From Cyanophora paradoxa CCMP329 (Eukaryota > Plantae > Glaucophyta): 64,000 nt of DNA. Positions 47,701-59,569 of the stretch are shown one piece after another (positions within the stretch are counted from its first letter, which is position 1; each line of letters begins with the position of its first letter). Under the pieces are notes generated by a model. It was not told the DNA's origin. It saw only the letters and a list, made by a program, of their open reading frames with translations, and searched no databases. The stretch covers positions 186,001 through 250,000 of the forward strand of contig QPMI01000588.1 of NCBI GenBank assembly GCA_004431415.1, read 5' to 3'. The position numbers were made by a program, and so were the translations under genes.

Positions 47701-50700
47701 CGAGCGTTGAGGCGTTCTACGATCGCTCCTACCCGATCACTCGCCGCGGGCGGTGCTGTGACTACGATGTCATTGAGCTGCTGGCATCCCGCACTGTCCC
47801 CCGTGAGGGCCGTGGCCCGCTCCCAGGCGGCGTCCGTGACTCGAGCGAGTACTCCTGGCTCGTGAACGCCCTCCACGGCGAGTTCTCTGCCGCGAACCGC
47901 TGGGGTGAAATGCACCGTAGCATTTTCACCTGGGTTTGCTACTGCATCTCGCAGTCCGGCGTCCGCGCCGTTGCTCTGATCGAAAAGCCGCGCGACCGCG
48001 TGCGCTTGATGCTGGGCGAGGTACGCCGCCGCTTCACGGCCAAGCGCTCGCACCGTCCGGTCTGGGATGAGTTCGATGACGACCTCCAGACCAGCGACCG
48101 CATGGCTCGCGAGGTCGCCGAGCGTGAGGCCGCCGCCGGCCGCCGTGGCCGCGGCAAGGGCAAGGTCGACGAAACGACCTCTGCCGCCAAGCCCGCTCGC
48201 ACCCGCGGCACCAGCCGCCGGCCCGCCCCCGCCAAGCCGGCAAATGCCGAGGCCGAGGGCGAAGGGGAAGCGGAAGAGGGCCCCGGCACGCCCTCTCCTG
48301 ACCCCATGGAGTCCGATGAGAGCGCTGGCGTCGACGACGACACGCGCGAGAGGATGCGGCACGCGCTCTTTGTCCGTGCGGGCATTGACGCCCACCTCTT
48401 CGAGCTCATCGGCTGCCCCAGCCCCTCTAGCCGTTGGCCGACTCAGGTCGAGCACATGTGGCTCGCCAACAGCGGCCTGCAGCCGGCTCAAAACCCGGTC
48501 ACGCTGCACATCGCTCCCGACCCGGAGCTCGCCGCCTGGCTCGAAGCTGAAGCGGCCCAGCCGCCCTGGCGCCGCTTCGCCTGGTTCCATGAGAACCCCG
48601 ACCGCCCCCAGTGGGAGCGGCTGGAAATCGTCATGCCGAACCGCCACCCGGCGAACATTCGCATGCTGAAGCGCGCTGTCGCTTCCTTCGAGCTCGCCGC
48701 CTCCAGCGCCGGCTTGCTCGTGCCGCTGCCGGACCTGCCGGCCGACACCACGCAGTGGAATGCCCTTCACTGGGACGCGTTCTTCATAGATCGCTTTGAG
48801 CTGCATGTGTCGCACCTGCCCCCGTACTATGTCGAGGGACGCTGGCGCTCTTCCGCCAACACGGGCCCGACCCTCTCTGAGGTTGTCGCCCCAGTCCCCA
48901 GCCATGCGCGCTGGATGCTGTCCTGCCTAGACAGCGGTCGCACCGGACCGGGCATCACGCCCTTCGTCCCGCGCGAGCAGCAGAAGCTGCCGGACGACGT
49001 TAGCTATTTCTATGACATGGTTAACGCCTCGCACCCGGGGTGCGAGGAGCTCGTCCGTACGCTCGCCCCGGCGTACCCGGCAAACCTCGAAATTCCCGAG
49101 GTCGTCCAGCGCGAGGCCGCAAAGGACGACTCGGATTCGTGGCTGGCCACCAGTTACCGCTGCTACGACACCGTCGTCGAAGGCGCTAATTGGCTGCTGG
49201 GCGAGATCCACGAGGCCCGAATTGGCGGCAACGCCCCAATTCGCTCCCTTCCCTTTGTGCAGTGGCTCGACAACTGGGAAGGCGAGGCCCGCCGTAGCGA
49301 AGCCGATCGCGACGCTGAGGGCGACGTGCCCATGGCCAGCTCCTCAGCTGCGCCTGTCGCCGGACCGTCCGGGGTCTCCACTGCTACGGCCACGCCGGCG
49401 GCACCTGCTGCTGGGGCCCGCACGTGGTACGACGGCACGCCCGAGCGCGTCCGGTACTGCGACAAGTACTGCGTGCTGCTGCCCGACCCGCTCGGCGGTA
49501 GCCCGGCCCGCAATCCGACGGCCGAGCAGTACCCGTGGGCTGCTATTCCGCGGCTCGTGCCGCTCACCCTCGGCGAGAACGGGCCGCCCGACGCGCCCTG
49601 CGTGAATGCGACTGCCCCAGTCGTCACGCGTTTCCACCCGAACGCGCTCGACGCTGATGCAGCCATGCACTGCCTTGCCTCCACGCTCATCGCAAACGTC
49701 GAGGGCCATAACCGCGGCATCCCCGCCGCGGTAATGTTGTATGGCCCGCCCGTGCCACCGGCACCGACGTCCATGCAAGGCACCGACGTTCAGGGCTTGC
49801 CCTACGTCGCGGCGATGATGGGGCTCGACGAGTCCATCATGCAGTGGGTCGCGTCGGAGCCCACTCCCGCAAACCGCCTCGATGGGCCGATCACGCGCGC
49901 CTACTCGGTGCTGAACACCGCCCTGCACCACACGTGCCGCCAGGCGTTTGCGTACCTCGCTCGCCCGCACACGTTCGAGGCGCCCATCGGGGTCAACCGC
50001 GCCAAGCGTGGGCAGCGCTTGGTCGTGTTCCACGAGCCCCGCTTCGGCAGGGGCTTCGGCATCCGTGGCGTCGCCCAGCCCGATGCCCGGGTCCGCGGCC
50101 TCCTGCCAGGCACCCCGATCCAGACGGGCGAGAAGCACGTGAGCACTGAGCTCGACGTGAACAACGTCGATGTCATGGCGATCCCGTCGGCACGAATGCC
50201 ACGCGCTGCTCGCTTGGTCCTGCCCACGTGGCCATGCAGCACGCCCCGCCCTCCGAGGCGCGTCGCCAGTACGACCGCCTCCCTCGGCGCGTGTTCGTGC
50301 TCGGATTCGAGCGGCCCCGCCCGCTCGTCGATCCGAAGGACCGCGGGCACCGGAAGTACCCGGTTGTCTGCCCGGGCGTGCAGAAGCACGGACCCACGTG
50401 GTCCCCGTTGCCGCCCCGGGAGTTCGTCGCATCCCTGCTTGCGGGGTATGTGAACAGCATGGCTGCCTGGGTGCTGGGGCACGAGCTGCCCGACCAGCCC
50501 CGGCCCGCGCCGGCCACGGGATTCAACCCCCAAATGCACATTGTGGGGCCGACGGCCATATACGAGTTCATGTGGTCCACCTGCTACCGCGCCGACCCGG
50601 CCACTCGTTCCGCGGCCGAGGCAGCAGCTGGGGCCCATGCACGTTCCGCTGACGGCGACGAGCTTTACGCCGTCCTGCAGCACCTCAAGAGCGGCCAGCT

Positions 50701-53281
50701 CGGCGAGTCGATTGACGAGACCGCAGCTCTCGTCATCGCCTCTCAGCTCCCGCTGACAACGGCGTTCTGGCTCTCGATGCCAGACCTGCCGCGCCCCAAC
50801 GCCACGCATACGTCCTGGCTGGACAACGCGGCAGACGCCAGCAAGCGCCTCTCGGACGCCCTGCTGCAGACCTGGGCCTGCCGGCGACGAAGCAGCTGCG
50901 CGCTGTTCTCGCCAAGTACGAGCAGGAGGACGAGCCCCTCCTCTCCGTCCGCCGCCTTGAGCGCATCCTGCCCGCTCGGGTAGCGGCGCACGGCATGCGC
51001 CCGTACTGCCACGTCGAGCGCGATACGTGGGCCGCCAGGCACCTCGTTGCTGGCGCGACGCTCGCGGGCCAGGAGCCCATCGCCTCGGCTCTCCTGAACT
51101 GGGTTCAGAAGATCAATGACGTCCTCTGGCCCATCTTCACGGGCGTGAAGGCGAAGCGGATTATGGTCTCCGACCTCTATCCCGCCCCTGCCCTGGACAC
51201 TGTCGCCCAGCAAGGCGCGGCGCTGTTCCCTGCGCCCCCCGAGGCCAGCGACCTCGGCGACACGGTGGCGGCAATCACGCCGTTCCACTACCGGCTGCGC
51301 GCCGAGCTGCTCCAGAACTGGAACGGGTACACGGCAGAGGATCTGCCCCGAGCTTGCGCGCCCAGCAGCAGGCCGACCACGCCGTGGCAGCGGCCGCCCC
51401 GGCGAAGCCTGCGGCATCGTCCTCTGCCTCGGGCACCACGGGCTCTGGCTCCCGCGAGCCCAGCCCTGCCCCAAGCGCTCGGCCACGCCCTCGCCCTCGA
51501 GGAAGAAGAGCGAGCCAAAGCGCGAGCGCTCCCGCGACCGCCGCGGGCGCCGCCAGAGCCGCGAGGCCGCCGCTTCCCGCGAGCGCACCGAGTCGCCCCG
51601 GCAGGAGTCGTCGAGCTCGCCTGCCCCGACGCGCACGCAGCCGCCGGGCGCCACCGGCCAGCGCCGCGAGCGGCCGCGTATCCTGCAGGGCAGTCGCGTG
51701 ACCGTTCGCGGCACCGTGCCCAGCGCCTCGTCTACGGGACCTGAGTCCCTCGACCTGGCCGACATGGACGACGCCGAATTCACTGCCTATGCCCGCCAGC
51801 ATGGCCTTGAGTTCGAGCCGGACCCGGCCGAGGACACGCGCCAGCGCCTCCTCGCCGAGGCTGAGCGCCGCAGCAAGCGCGCCCGCGTTGCTGCCCAGTC
51901 CACCGCGGAATTGGCCCCCGCGCCGTTCCCGTACCCGTACCCGGCGTCGATGGGCCCGCCCCCGCCGCGCGTACCCGGCTGGGGGTTGCCGCCGCCCCCA
52001 CTCTTGCCGCAAATCGCCGGCCCGCACGGCTATTACTGGCCGCACGGCCTCATGTACCCGCCTGCGGGTCCCGCGGCCAGCTCGAGCTCCGGCCAGGCCC
52101 CGCCGGCCACGGACGAGAATGTGGGCAGTGCCCACTACCAGGCCGCCAAGAACTGGCGCGCGCGGCTGCGGCTCCTGCTCGAGCGCAATGCCCAGCCGGC
52201 CGTCTTGTCTGAAATGCTCGATGAAATCGCCACGGCCGCGGGCCATGATCTCACCGGCACCACCTTGCCGAGCGGCGCCTCTTGGGCGGCACGGAACGCC
52301 GCTGCGACGGTGTGGGCCGCAAATTACCCGGGCATGGAGCAGTTCGATCGCATTGAATCTGAACTGCTGCGCCTCATCGGCCTCGCCCAGGAGGCCAAAG
52401 CCGAGGGCCGCTGCCGCCCCGCACACCGCGCCATTCTCCGTATCTACGGCGATGGTGACGATGAGGATGACTTCGCGACGCGCGCTGCACTGCAGCCGCG
52501 GGCCATCGCCGAGCGCGCCTTGGCCTCCGCCGCTGCCGGCAGCGAGCCGACGCCCGTCGTCGACGGAGCGGATCGCAAGTCCTCCGCCGCTCCGGCGAGC
52601 CGCTCCGAGGGGCTCCACGCCCGCTCCAGCAAGCAGCGCGCGGCGCTGCACTTCCAGGCTCCTGAGCCTGACGAACTCGTGGGCTACGGCCCCGACCGCC
52701 CCACGGACCTCGCGGTCCCGGAGTCCCCGGATGGCGCGCCCGACGGCCGCCTGAACGCCCCGGTCCCGATCGCGAAAGTTATCGACGGGATCAACGGTCT
52801 CCCGCACGATTTCCGGCGCCTGCTCCTGCAGTGCCCGGGCTTCGTCTATGCCTTGCATGCCGACGGCACGCTCGGCGAAAGCACGCGCGTCAAATTCATT
52901 TTTGACACTGGCGCAATGGGAGACGTTGGCGAGAAAAAGCACATGCCGCCCGGCACGCGCTACACGGGTGTGAAGGTCCTCCGGGCCTTCCTCCACCACG
53001 CCACGATCACGGCTGAGATTGCTCATGTCGTGCTGCGCTTCGGCGACGTGTACGTCTCGCGAGCGGTGTACGTCGTCCCTGACGGCTCGCTCGGCCCGAA
53101 CGCCGACATGCTCCTGGGCATCGGCACGATCATGAGGATCGAGGGGCGGATTGACACCACCAGCTCGGGCTGGTGCCTGCACGCGCGCGACGCGCACTTC
53201 CGCCCCCACGTGATCCCTTTTCTGTGCCCGGACAATCAAAGGGGCCTCTCCTTGTCCGGGTGCTCCGCCCCGTCGTCCTAA
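44789..53281 (+). pseudogene. Element A: gag 3' part, a large unknown region and an aspartic protease (several single frameshifts)
   Basis: A 1,904-codon open frame with an RGG tract and CCHC knuckle CWTCGSLDHIRRDC (45555-45596). It continues through overlapping ORFs to VKFIFDTGA (D at 52904) and DMLLGIG, the retropepsin motifs. Confidence 0.8.
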
Positions 53282-55824
53282 AGGACGCCCGCGAATGGAT
53301 GGTCCGCTGCGTGTTGGACGGCCCTGCGCCGCCAGCGGACCAGGCCCCGACGCTCGCCGTCGGGCCGGCGCCTGACTCCCTGTCAGCGCTCGGGGTACTC
53401 GCGCCCCACCAGTTGCACCGCCGGCCTGCCGAGGGCGGCAGCCTGCACGTGCGACTAGTAAACCCCGCCAATGAGCCCGTCCTGCTTCCCGCTGGGGCCA
53501 TTGTAGCGGTGGCGGAGGCTAATAACCTGCCGCCCGGCGACTTTGGGTTCGACCCGCCGCCCGACGACGCGTCGGCGCGCACCGTCGCCGACTCTTTCAT
53601 TCGCACGCTGCGAGCCTTCTACCCTAAGCGAGGGCAAGGCTTCCGCGCGATGCGACGCCGAGCCAATCGAACGGCTGCGGCTTACACGGCAGCTGAGGGC
53701 ACCACGCCGCCCCAGCACCCCGCTCCAGGGCCTATTTTCGCGGCACCCGCCGCCCGGCAGTCCGAAGCGACTGTAGCCACTGAGCAGGAGCCTGCGCCGA
53801 GCGCGCCTCCCTTGTTCGTCCGCATGCTGCGCGACGACGGCAGTGAGGGCGAAGACGTCCCCATTGTCACAATGGAGGGCCTCGCGCTTTGTGACGAGCC
53901 CGTGTCCTCGGACACCGACTCTGAACGCGAGCGCGAGGACGGGTACCTTGGCTGGACCTCGCCCGAAGAGCGCGAGCGCACCAGGCCCGCCCGCCGCGCT
54001 GAACGCGCCGCACGCCGCCGCGCCCACGCGGCTCGCGCTGCACGCCAGGGGGCTAACGCAGTCCCCACCAATCCCTCCGGGGATCAAATAAATCTCGCTG
54101 CCGAGGCGGCTGAGCCGCCGGCGCCCGCGCCGGGCGCGGCCGCTCGCCCGCCTGCACCGGCGCCAGCACCGCTGGAAGGCCCCGGCTGCTCTGTCCGGAC
54201 AACGGAAGCGCCCGCGCCCTCCGTAGCCGAGTCCTCCGCCGCGCGCGGAAAGGACAAGGGCAAGGCGCCGCTGCGAGCCGCCCCTCCGGGCCCCGCGCCT
54301 GGCCCCTCCCACGGTGGCGCCCCGCGGGCACCGCCGGAAGCGACGGGGACGTCGTCTTCCGAAGAGGAGGAGTGGAACCGTGCACGCGCGAAGATCCCGG
54401 AATGCGGCTCGCATCCGGCGATGAGCGCTACGGAACGCGCCGAGCTAGAGGCTCTGCTGAAGCGCTACTCGCGCGCGTTCGCCGACTCGGTCACGGCCAC
54501 CGAGGGCACGGCCAATCTCCTCCATTACGAGCACGTGATCCGATTGACCTCACGGCTGCCCGTCTTCACGCCCCCGCGGCGTGTAAGCCCGCACGCCGAG
54601 GCCTTCGCCCGTGACGAAATAAAGCGGCTCCTTGAGCTGGGCCTGATCCAGCCCTCGCAAGCCGCCTATGGCTCGCCGGTCGTGCTCGCTCCTAAGAAGG
54701 ACGGCACCTGGCGGTTCTGCGTCGATTACCGACGCTTAAATGCGATCACCGAGCGCGACGTCTTTCCCTTGCCACGGATTGACGATCAGCTGGACCGCCT
54801 GCGGGGGTCCATGATCTTCTCGACCGTCGACGCGACGGCGGGATTCTGGCAGCTGCCGCTGGACCCCGCGTCCCGGCAGTACACGGCCTTTGTGGTGCCC
54901 TGGGGCCACTACGAGTGGCGCGTGACCCCGTTCGGCGTGACCAACGGGCCGGCCGCTTTCTCGCGCGCCGTGACGGCCATCCTCGGCCCCCTGCTCACGA
55001 CTTGCGTCACCGCGTATATCGACGATATCACGGTGTTCTCGCCAAGCGTGCCCCAGCACCTGCTGGACCTCGAGGCCCTGTTCCGCGCTATCATGCCGGC
55101 GAACTTGCGCCTGAAGCCCTCCAAGTGCCGCTTCGGGGTGGCGGAGGTGGCCTTGCTCGGGCACCTCGTCTCGGCCGAAGGGATCCGCCAGGACCCCGCG
55201 AAGCTGGCGTTCATTCGCCAGTACCCGCCGCCTGCGAACGCTGACCAATTGAGGTCGTTCCTGGGCTTGGCTGGGTACTACCGGCGTTTCGTGAACGGGT
55301 TCGCCCGTGTCACCCACCCGCTGCAGCGCCTGCTGCTTCGGGACGCCGCGTGGCAATGGACCGAGGTCCACCAAGCCGCCTTCGAGGCGCTGAAGGCCGC
55401 CCTGCTCGAGGATCTGGTACTTGGGTACCCGGATTTCGAGCGGCCCTTCATCCTGTCGACCGACGCGTCGACGTACGCCATCGGCGCGATCCTGTCGCAA
55501 TCCGATGGCGGCTCGCCCGCCCGTGAGCGGCCCATCGCGTTCATCAGTCGAACGCTGGCGCCCGCTGAGCGGAATTACACCGCCACCGAGCTCGAGTGCC
55601 TAGCGGTTGTATGGGCAATAAAGTACTGGCGGCACTTCCTCCTGGGAGGGCCCCAGTTCCTGGTCCGGACGGACCACCAGGCGCTCCAGTGGTTGCGCTC
55701 GCGCGAGGCGACCTCGGGAAGGCTGGGACGCTGGTCCCTCCTCCTGCAGTCCTACGACTTTGTCGTAGAGTACCGCGCGGGGCGCAACAACGGAGGGCCC
55801 GACGCCTGCTCGCGGCCCCACTGA
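53240..55824 (+). CDS. pol: Element A pol: Ty3/gypsy reverse transcriptase plus RNase H
   Basis: RT motifs SPVVLAPKKDGTWRFCVDYRRLN, PFGVTNGPAAF and YIDD (55015-55026). RNase H motifs TDAS, NYTATELECLAVVWA, TDHQAL and DACSR. No integrase follows the protease, which fits gypsy order. Confidence 0.95.
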
Positions 55825-57659
55825 ACCACCCGGTTCTCGCGCCCGGCGGCGCCGACGGCAGCTCGGCCGCGCCCGACGCGCTGGCCGGCGCCACGGGGCA
55901 CGGCGTGCCCCAGCCCGGCGACCTTGACGAGCCTCTGCCGCTGTTTGCAGTCGCTCACGCCGCCGAAGGCGCTGCGGAGGCCCGGGTAGCGGTGGAGGCC
56001 CCGCCGGGCCCCCGCCTGACCGAGCTCGCCGACGAGCCGGCCGAGGCCGCGCCGCCGGCCCCCGCGTCAGCGTCCGAGCCCGCCGAGGCCGCGGCGCCCG
56101 CGGCTCCGCCCAGCCGGGCGGAGATCCTCGTCGCGCGGCGACAGGCCCGCCTCCGGCGCCAGCTCGCCTTCGAGGGCGCTCCCGCCGCAAGGCGGGACGT
56201 CCAGCCCGCCCAGGGGCCGCGTCCGCGTCGGACGCGCGCGCCGCCTGAGGCTTTCCAGGAGGGCTCTGACGACGAGCCCGTCCCCCTGCCCGCGCGCGCG
56301 CCCCGAGCCGCGTCGGCGCGCGCCGAGGCTGAGCCCGCGGGGCCCCGGCGCCGCCCGAGCCCCGAGCTCCTGCCGCGGGGCAGGAGGCGCCCCTGCCAGC
56401 GGCGCCGGCGCTGCCGCAGGCCGGTCCGCCCACTCGGCGCGGCCAGAAGCCCACCACCTGGGCTGAGGTGCGCCAAGGGTGGACGAGTGGCACCGCCTCG
56501 CCGTCGCGCAAGGCCTGCCCCCGGCCCCGCGCTCTCCGAGCCCGCCGCCGGCGCCCGAGTCCGACCCGATGGAGCTGGGCTCCGATGGCGAGGCCGCGCC
56601 GCCTGTGCCCGAGCCTGAGGCCCCGCGCCAGGCGCAGGAGCCCGAGCTCGACGAGGACGGGTTCCCCGTGGCCCTCCTCGAGCACGTACGTCGTCGGTTC
56701 CCTCTAGGGCCGCGGCGCTACTCGGGATTTGCGCTCTCAATGCGTAAATCGAGTTTTGCGCCGACGGAATGCGAACAAAGAAGACCGTAGCCGAGCGCCA
56801 GGCACGAAAGAGCTGAGCGACTCGCTAGCCGCGGAAGCGGCGCGAGGCGAGCACGGGATTAGCAGCAGGCTGCTGCGAGCGCCCCGCAAGGGACTAGCTG
56901 AGCTAGCCGTTGGGCCGAGCCGGCGGGCTTGAAGCCGCCGAGCTCCGGGGGGTACGCTGATTCGGGGTTTCCCTTCACGCCCAGCTTCGCTCGCGGCCGC
57001 CCCAGGCCACGAAGCGACCAGCGGCGAAGCGAAATCGCCACAGCCAGCACTGCAGTCACTCCTAAACAGCCCTGTCGGACCGGCGGCCGCACTTCTCGGC
57101 CGTCCCTCCAATTGCACAGAGCTGACCAACTCTGCAGCACCACGGCTCGCCATAGCTGCAGTGGAGCGCGATCCCGCGGCAGCAACTGCGCATGCCTCGA
57201 TGGCTGGCCGGCGCAAACCCTGTTCCCAGCGATCCTCCCGGAATCGGCCTCGGGCCCCGATTCACGCTTGAATCTGGTTCCTTACTGCCGTGCCGGTACG
57301 TGGATTCACGTCCGGGCCCGCCCGCCACGCTCGCATCCCGCGCGCGCTGGCTATCCCGGGGCCCACCGTCAGTCCGCGGCCGCCGGCTTGCCTATACACT
57401 CTATATAAGCGTGTATTGAGACCCGCCGCGCGATTCCTCCGGTTCCCTGACCAATTCCTGCACGCATGCTCCGGAGCTCCTCGGCGCTCGCACCGGACGT
57501 CGACACCGCCGCTGTGCCACGCCGGCGGAGCTCGCGCAGGACTGCCCCGGCCTGCTGGCGCGCGCGCTGCAGACCCACCGCGAAGTCGGGGCTTGGATCG
57601 TGCCTTACGCGTGATCCACCGACGGACGGTGCCCAGCCGCTCGCGCGGCTCGGGGAGGC

Positions 57660-58925
57660 GACGGAGTACGGCTCTCGCGTGCGCCTCGCGCTGTGGGACG
57701 GCCCGCGTGCGCCTCGCGCTGTGGTCCCTGTACTCGGAGTTCGGAGGCCGCGCGCGACTCTCGCTGTGGCCCGATCCCCCGGCGGATTCCGGCCGCGACC
57801 GCGGCCGGCGAACTTCCACCAGGAGCACGGATCTCGCGAGCGCCTCGCTGTGAGATGGGCCCGCGTGCGTTCGTCGCTGTGGGCCCCCGTGCAAGGAGTT
57901 CCGGGGCCGCGTGCGCCCCGCTGTGGCCCCAGACCGCTTCAGCGGCACCAGCCGCTCCCGCGGCCGGCGAACTCCCAACCTGGCCTTCGAATTCGACTCC
58001 CGCGTGCGCCTCGCGCTGCGGGACGGCCCGCGTGCGCCTCGCGCTGTGGGCCCCCTACTCGGAGTTCGGAGGCCGCGCGCGACTCTCGCGGCGGCCCGCT
58101 CCGCCCCCGGCGGACCCCGGCCGCGCCCGCGGCCGGCGAACTTCGACCAGGAGCACGGGTCTCGCGAGCGCCTCGCTGTGAGATGGGCCCGCGAGCGTTC
58201 GTCGCTGTGGGCCCCCGTGCGCGGAGCTCCGGGGCCGCGTGCGTCTCGCTGTGGCCCCAGAGCTTCACCCCGGAGTACGGCTCTCGCGTGCGCCTCGATC
58301 GCTGCGGGACGGCCCGCGAGCGTGCGCGCTGTGGGCCCTGTACATATATATATATACTCGGAGTTCGGAGGCCGCGCGCGACTCTCGCTGTGGCCCGATC
58401 CGCCCCGGCGGACCCCGGCCGCACCCACGGCCGGCGAGCTTCCACCAGGAGCACGGATCTCGCGAGCACCTCGCTGTGAGATGGGCCCGCGAGCGTTCGT
58501 CGCTGTGGACCCCCGTGCGCGGAGCTCCGGGCCGCGTGCGTCTCGCTGTGGCCCCAGATCTAGAGCTTCACCCCGGAGTACGGCTCTCGCGTGCGCCTCG
58601 CTCGCTGCGAGACGGCCCGCGAGCGTGCGCGCTGTGGGCCCTGTACTCGGGTTCGGAGGCCGCGCGCGACTCTCGCTGTGGCCCGATCCGCCCCGGCGGA
58701 TTCCGGCCGCACCCGCGGCCGGCGAACTTCCACCAGGAGCACGGATCTCGCGAGCGCCTCGCTGTGAGATGGGCCCGCGAACGTTCGTCGCTGTGGACCC
58801 CGTGCGCGGAGTTCCGGGGCCGCGTGCGTCGCGCTGTGGCCCCAGAGCTTCACGCCGGAGTACGGACCTCGCGTGCGCCCCGCTGCGAGACGGCCCGCGA
58901 GCGTGCGCGCTGCGGGCCCCGGACT
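57660..58925 (+). repeat. Tandem array, ~283-300-bp unit x~4, built from CGCGTGCG.CTCGCTGTGG.CCC subrepeats
   Basis: GGAGTACGG.(C/T)CTCGCG recurs at ~57663, 58272, 58575 and 58857. Confidence 0.85.
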
Positions 58926-59569
58926 CGGAGTGCGTTACGCTGCGGACTATAGCTACGACTCTCGCTGGCGCGCGCGCTGCGAGTATTAGTCGGCCCGCTG
59001 GCGCGTCTCGAGCTCGCTGCGGACTAGCCGCTAGCGCTAGCGCTGCTGGCGCGACCGCTACAGCCTCGCGATCGATCGCGATCGCAGAGTGTTTTGTTTG
59101 TTTTTGGTCAATTCTAGTCGATTCAAGGATTGACTCGACCTTAAAACAAAAACAAAAACAAAACAAACAAAAACAAAACAACGGACGTACCCGTTGTACC
59201 GGCCGGACTCCGGACTCCGGAGCCGCCGGACCCGCGGTACCGGTCCCGCGCCGCGCGGTCTCACTGCCGCAGTGCCAGGCCGCTGAGGCGGGCACTTCCG
59301 GGGATCCGCTGCCGCAGTGCCGCCGCTGCGGCGCCGCACGGCATGCGCAGTCTGCAGTGGCAGTACAGCCGCAGTGCCGCAGTGCGAGCTCGAGTCGGCC
59401 GGCGCCCGCAGCTGCAGTTGCCAGGCTGGCGCTTCCGCTACCGCAGTGCTGCCGCTGCCCCAGTGGCGCGTTACGCTGCGGACTACGGTCCCCGCTTGCG
59501 CTCTAGATCTCGCTGCGAGTCGGCCTGCTGGCGACCTTCCGCGCATCCGCGCCGCACCCTTGCGCAACC

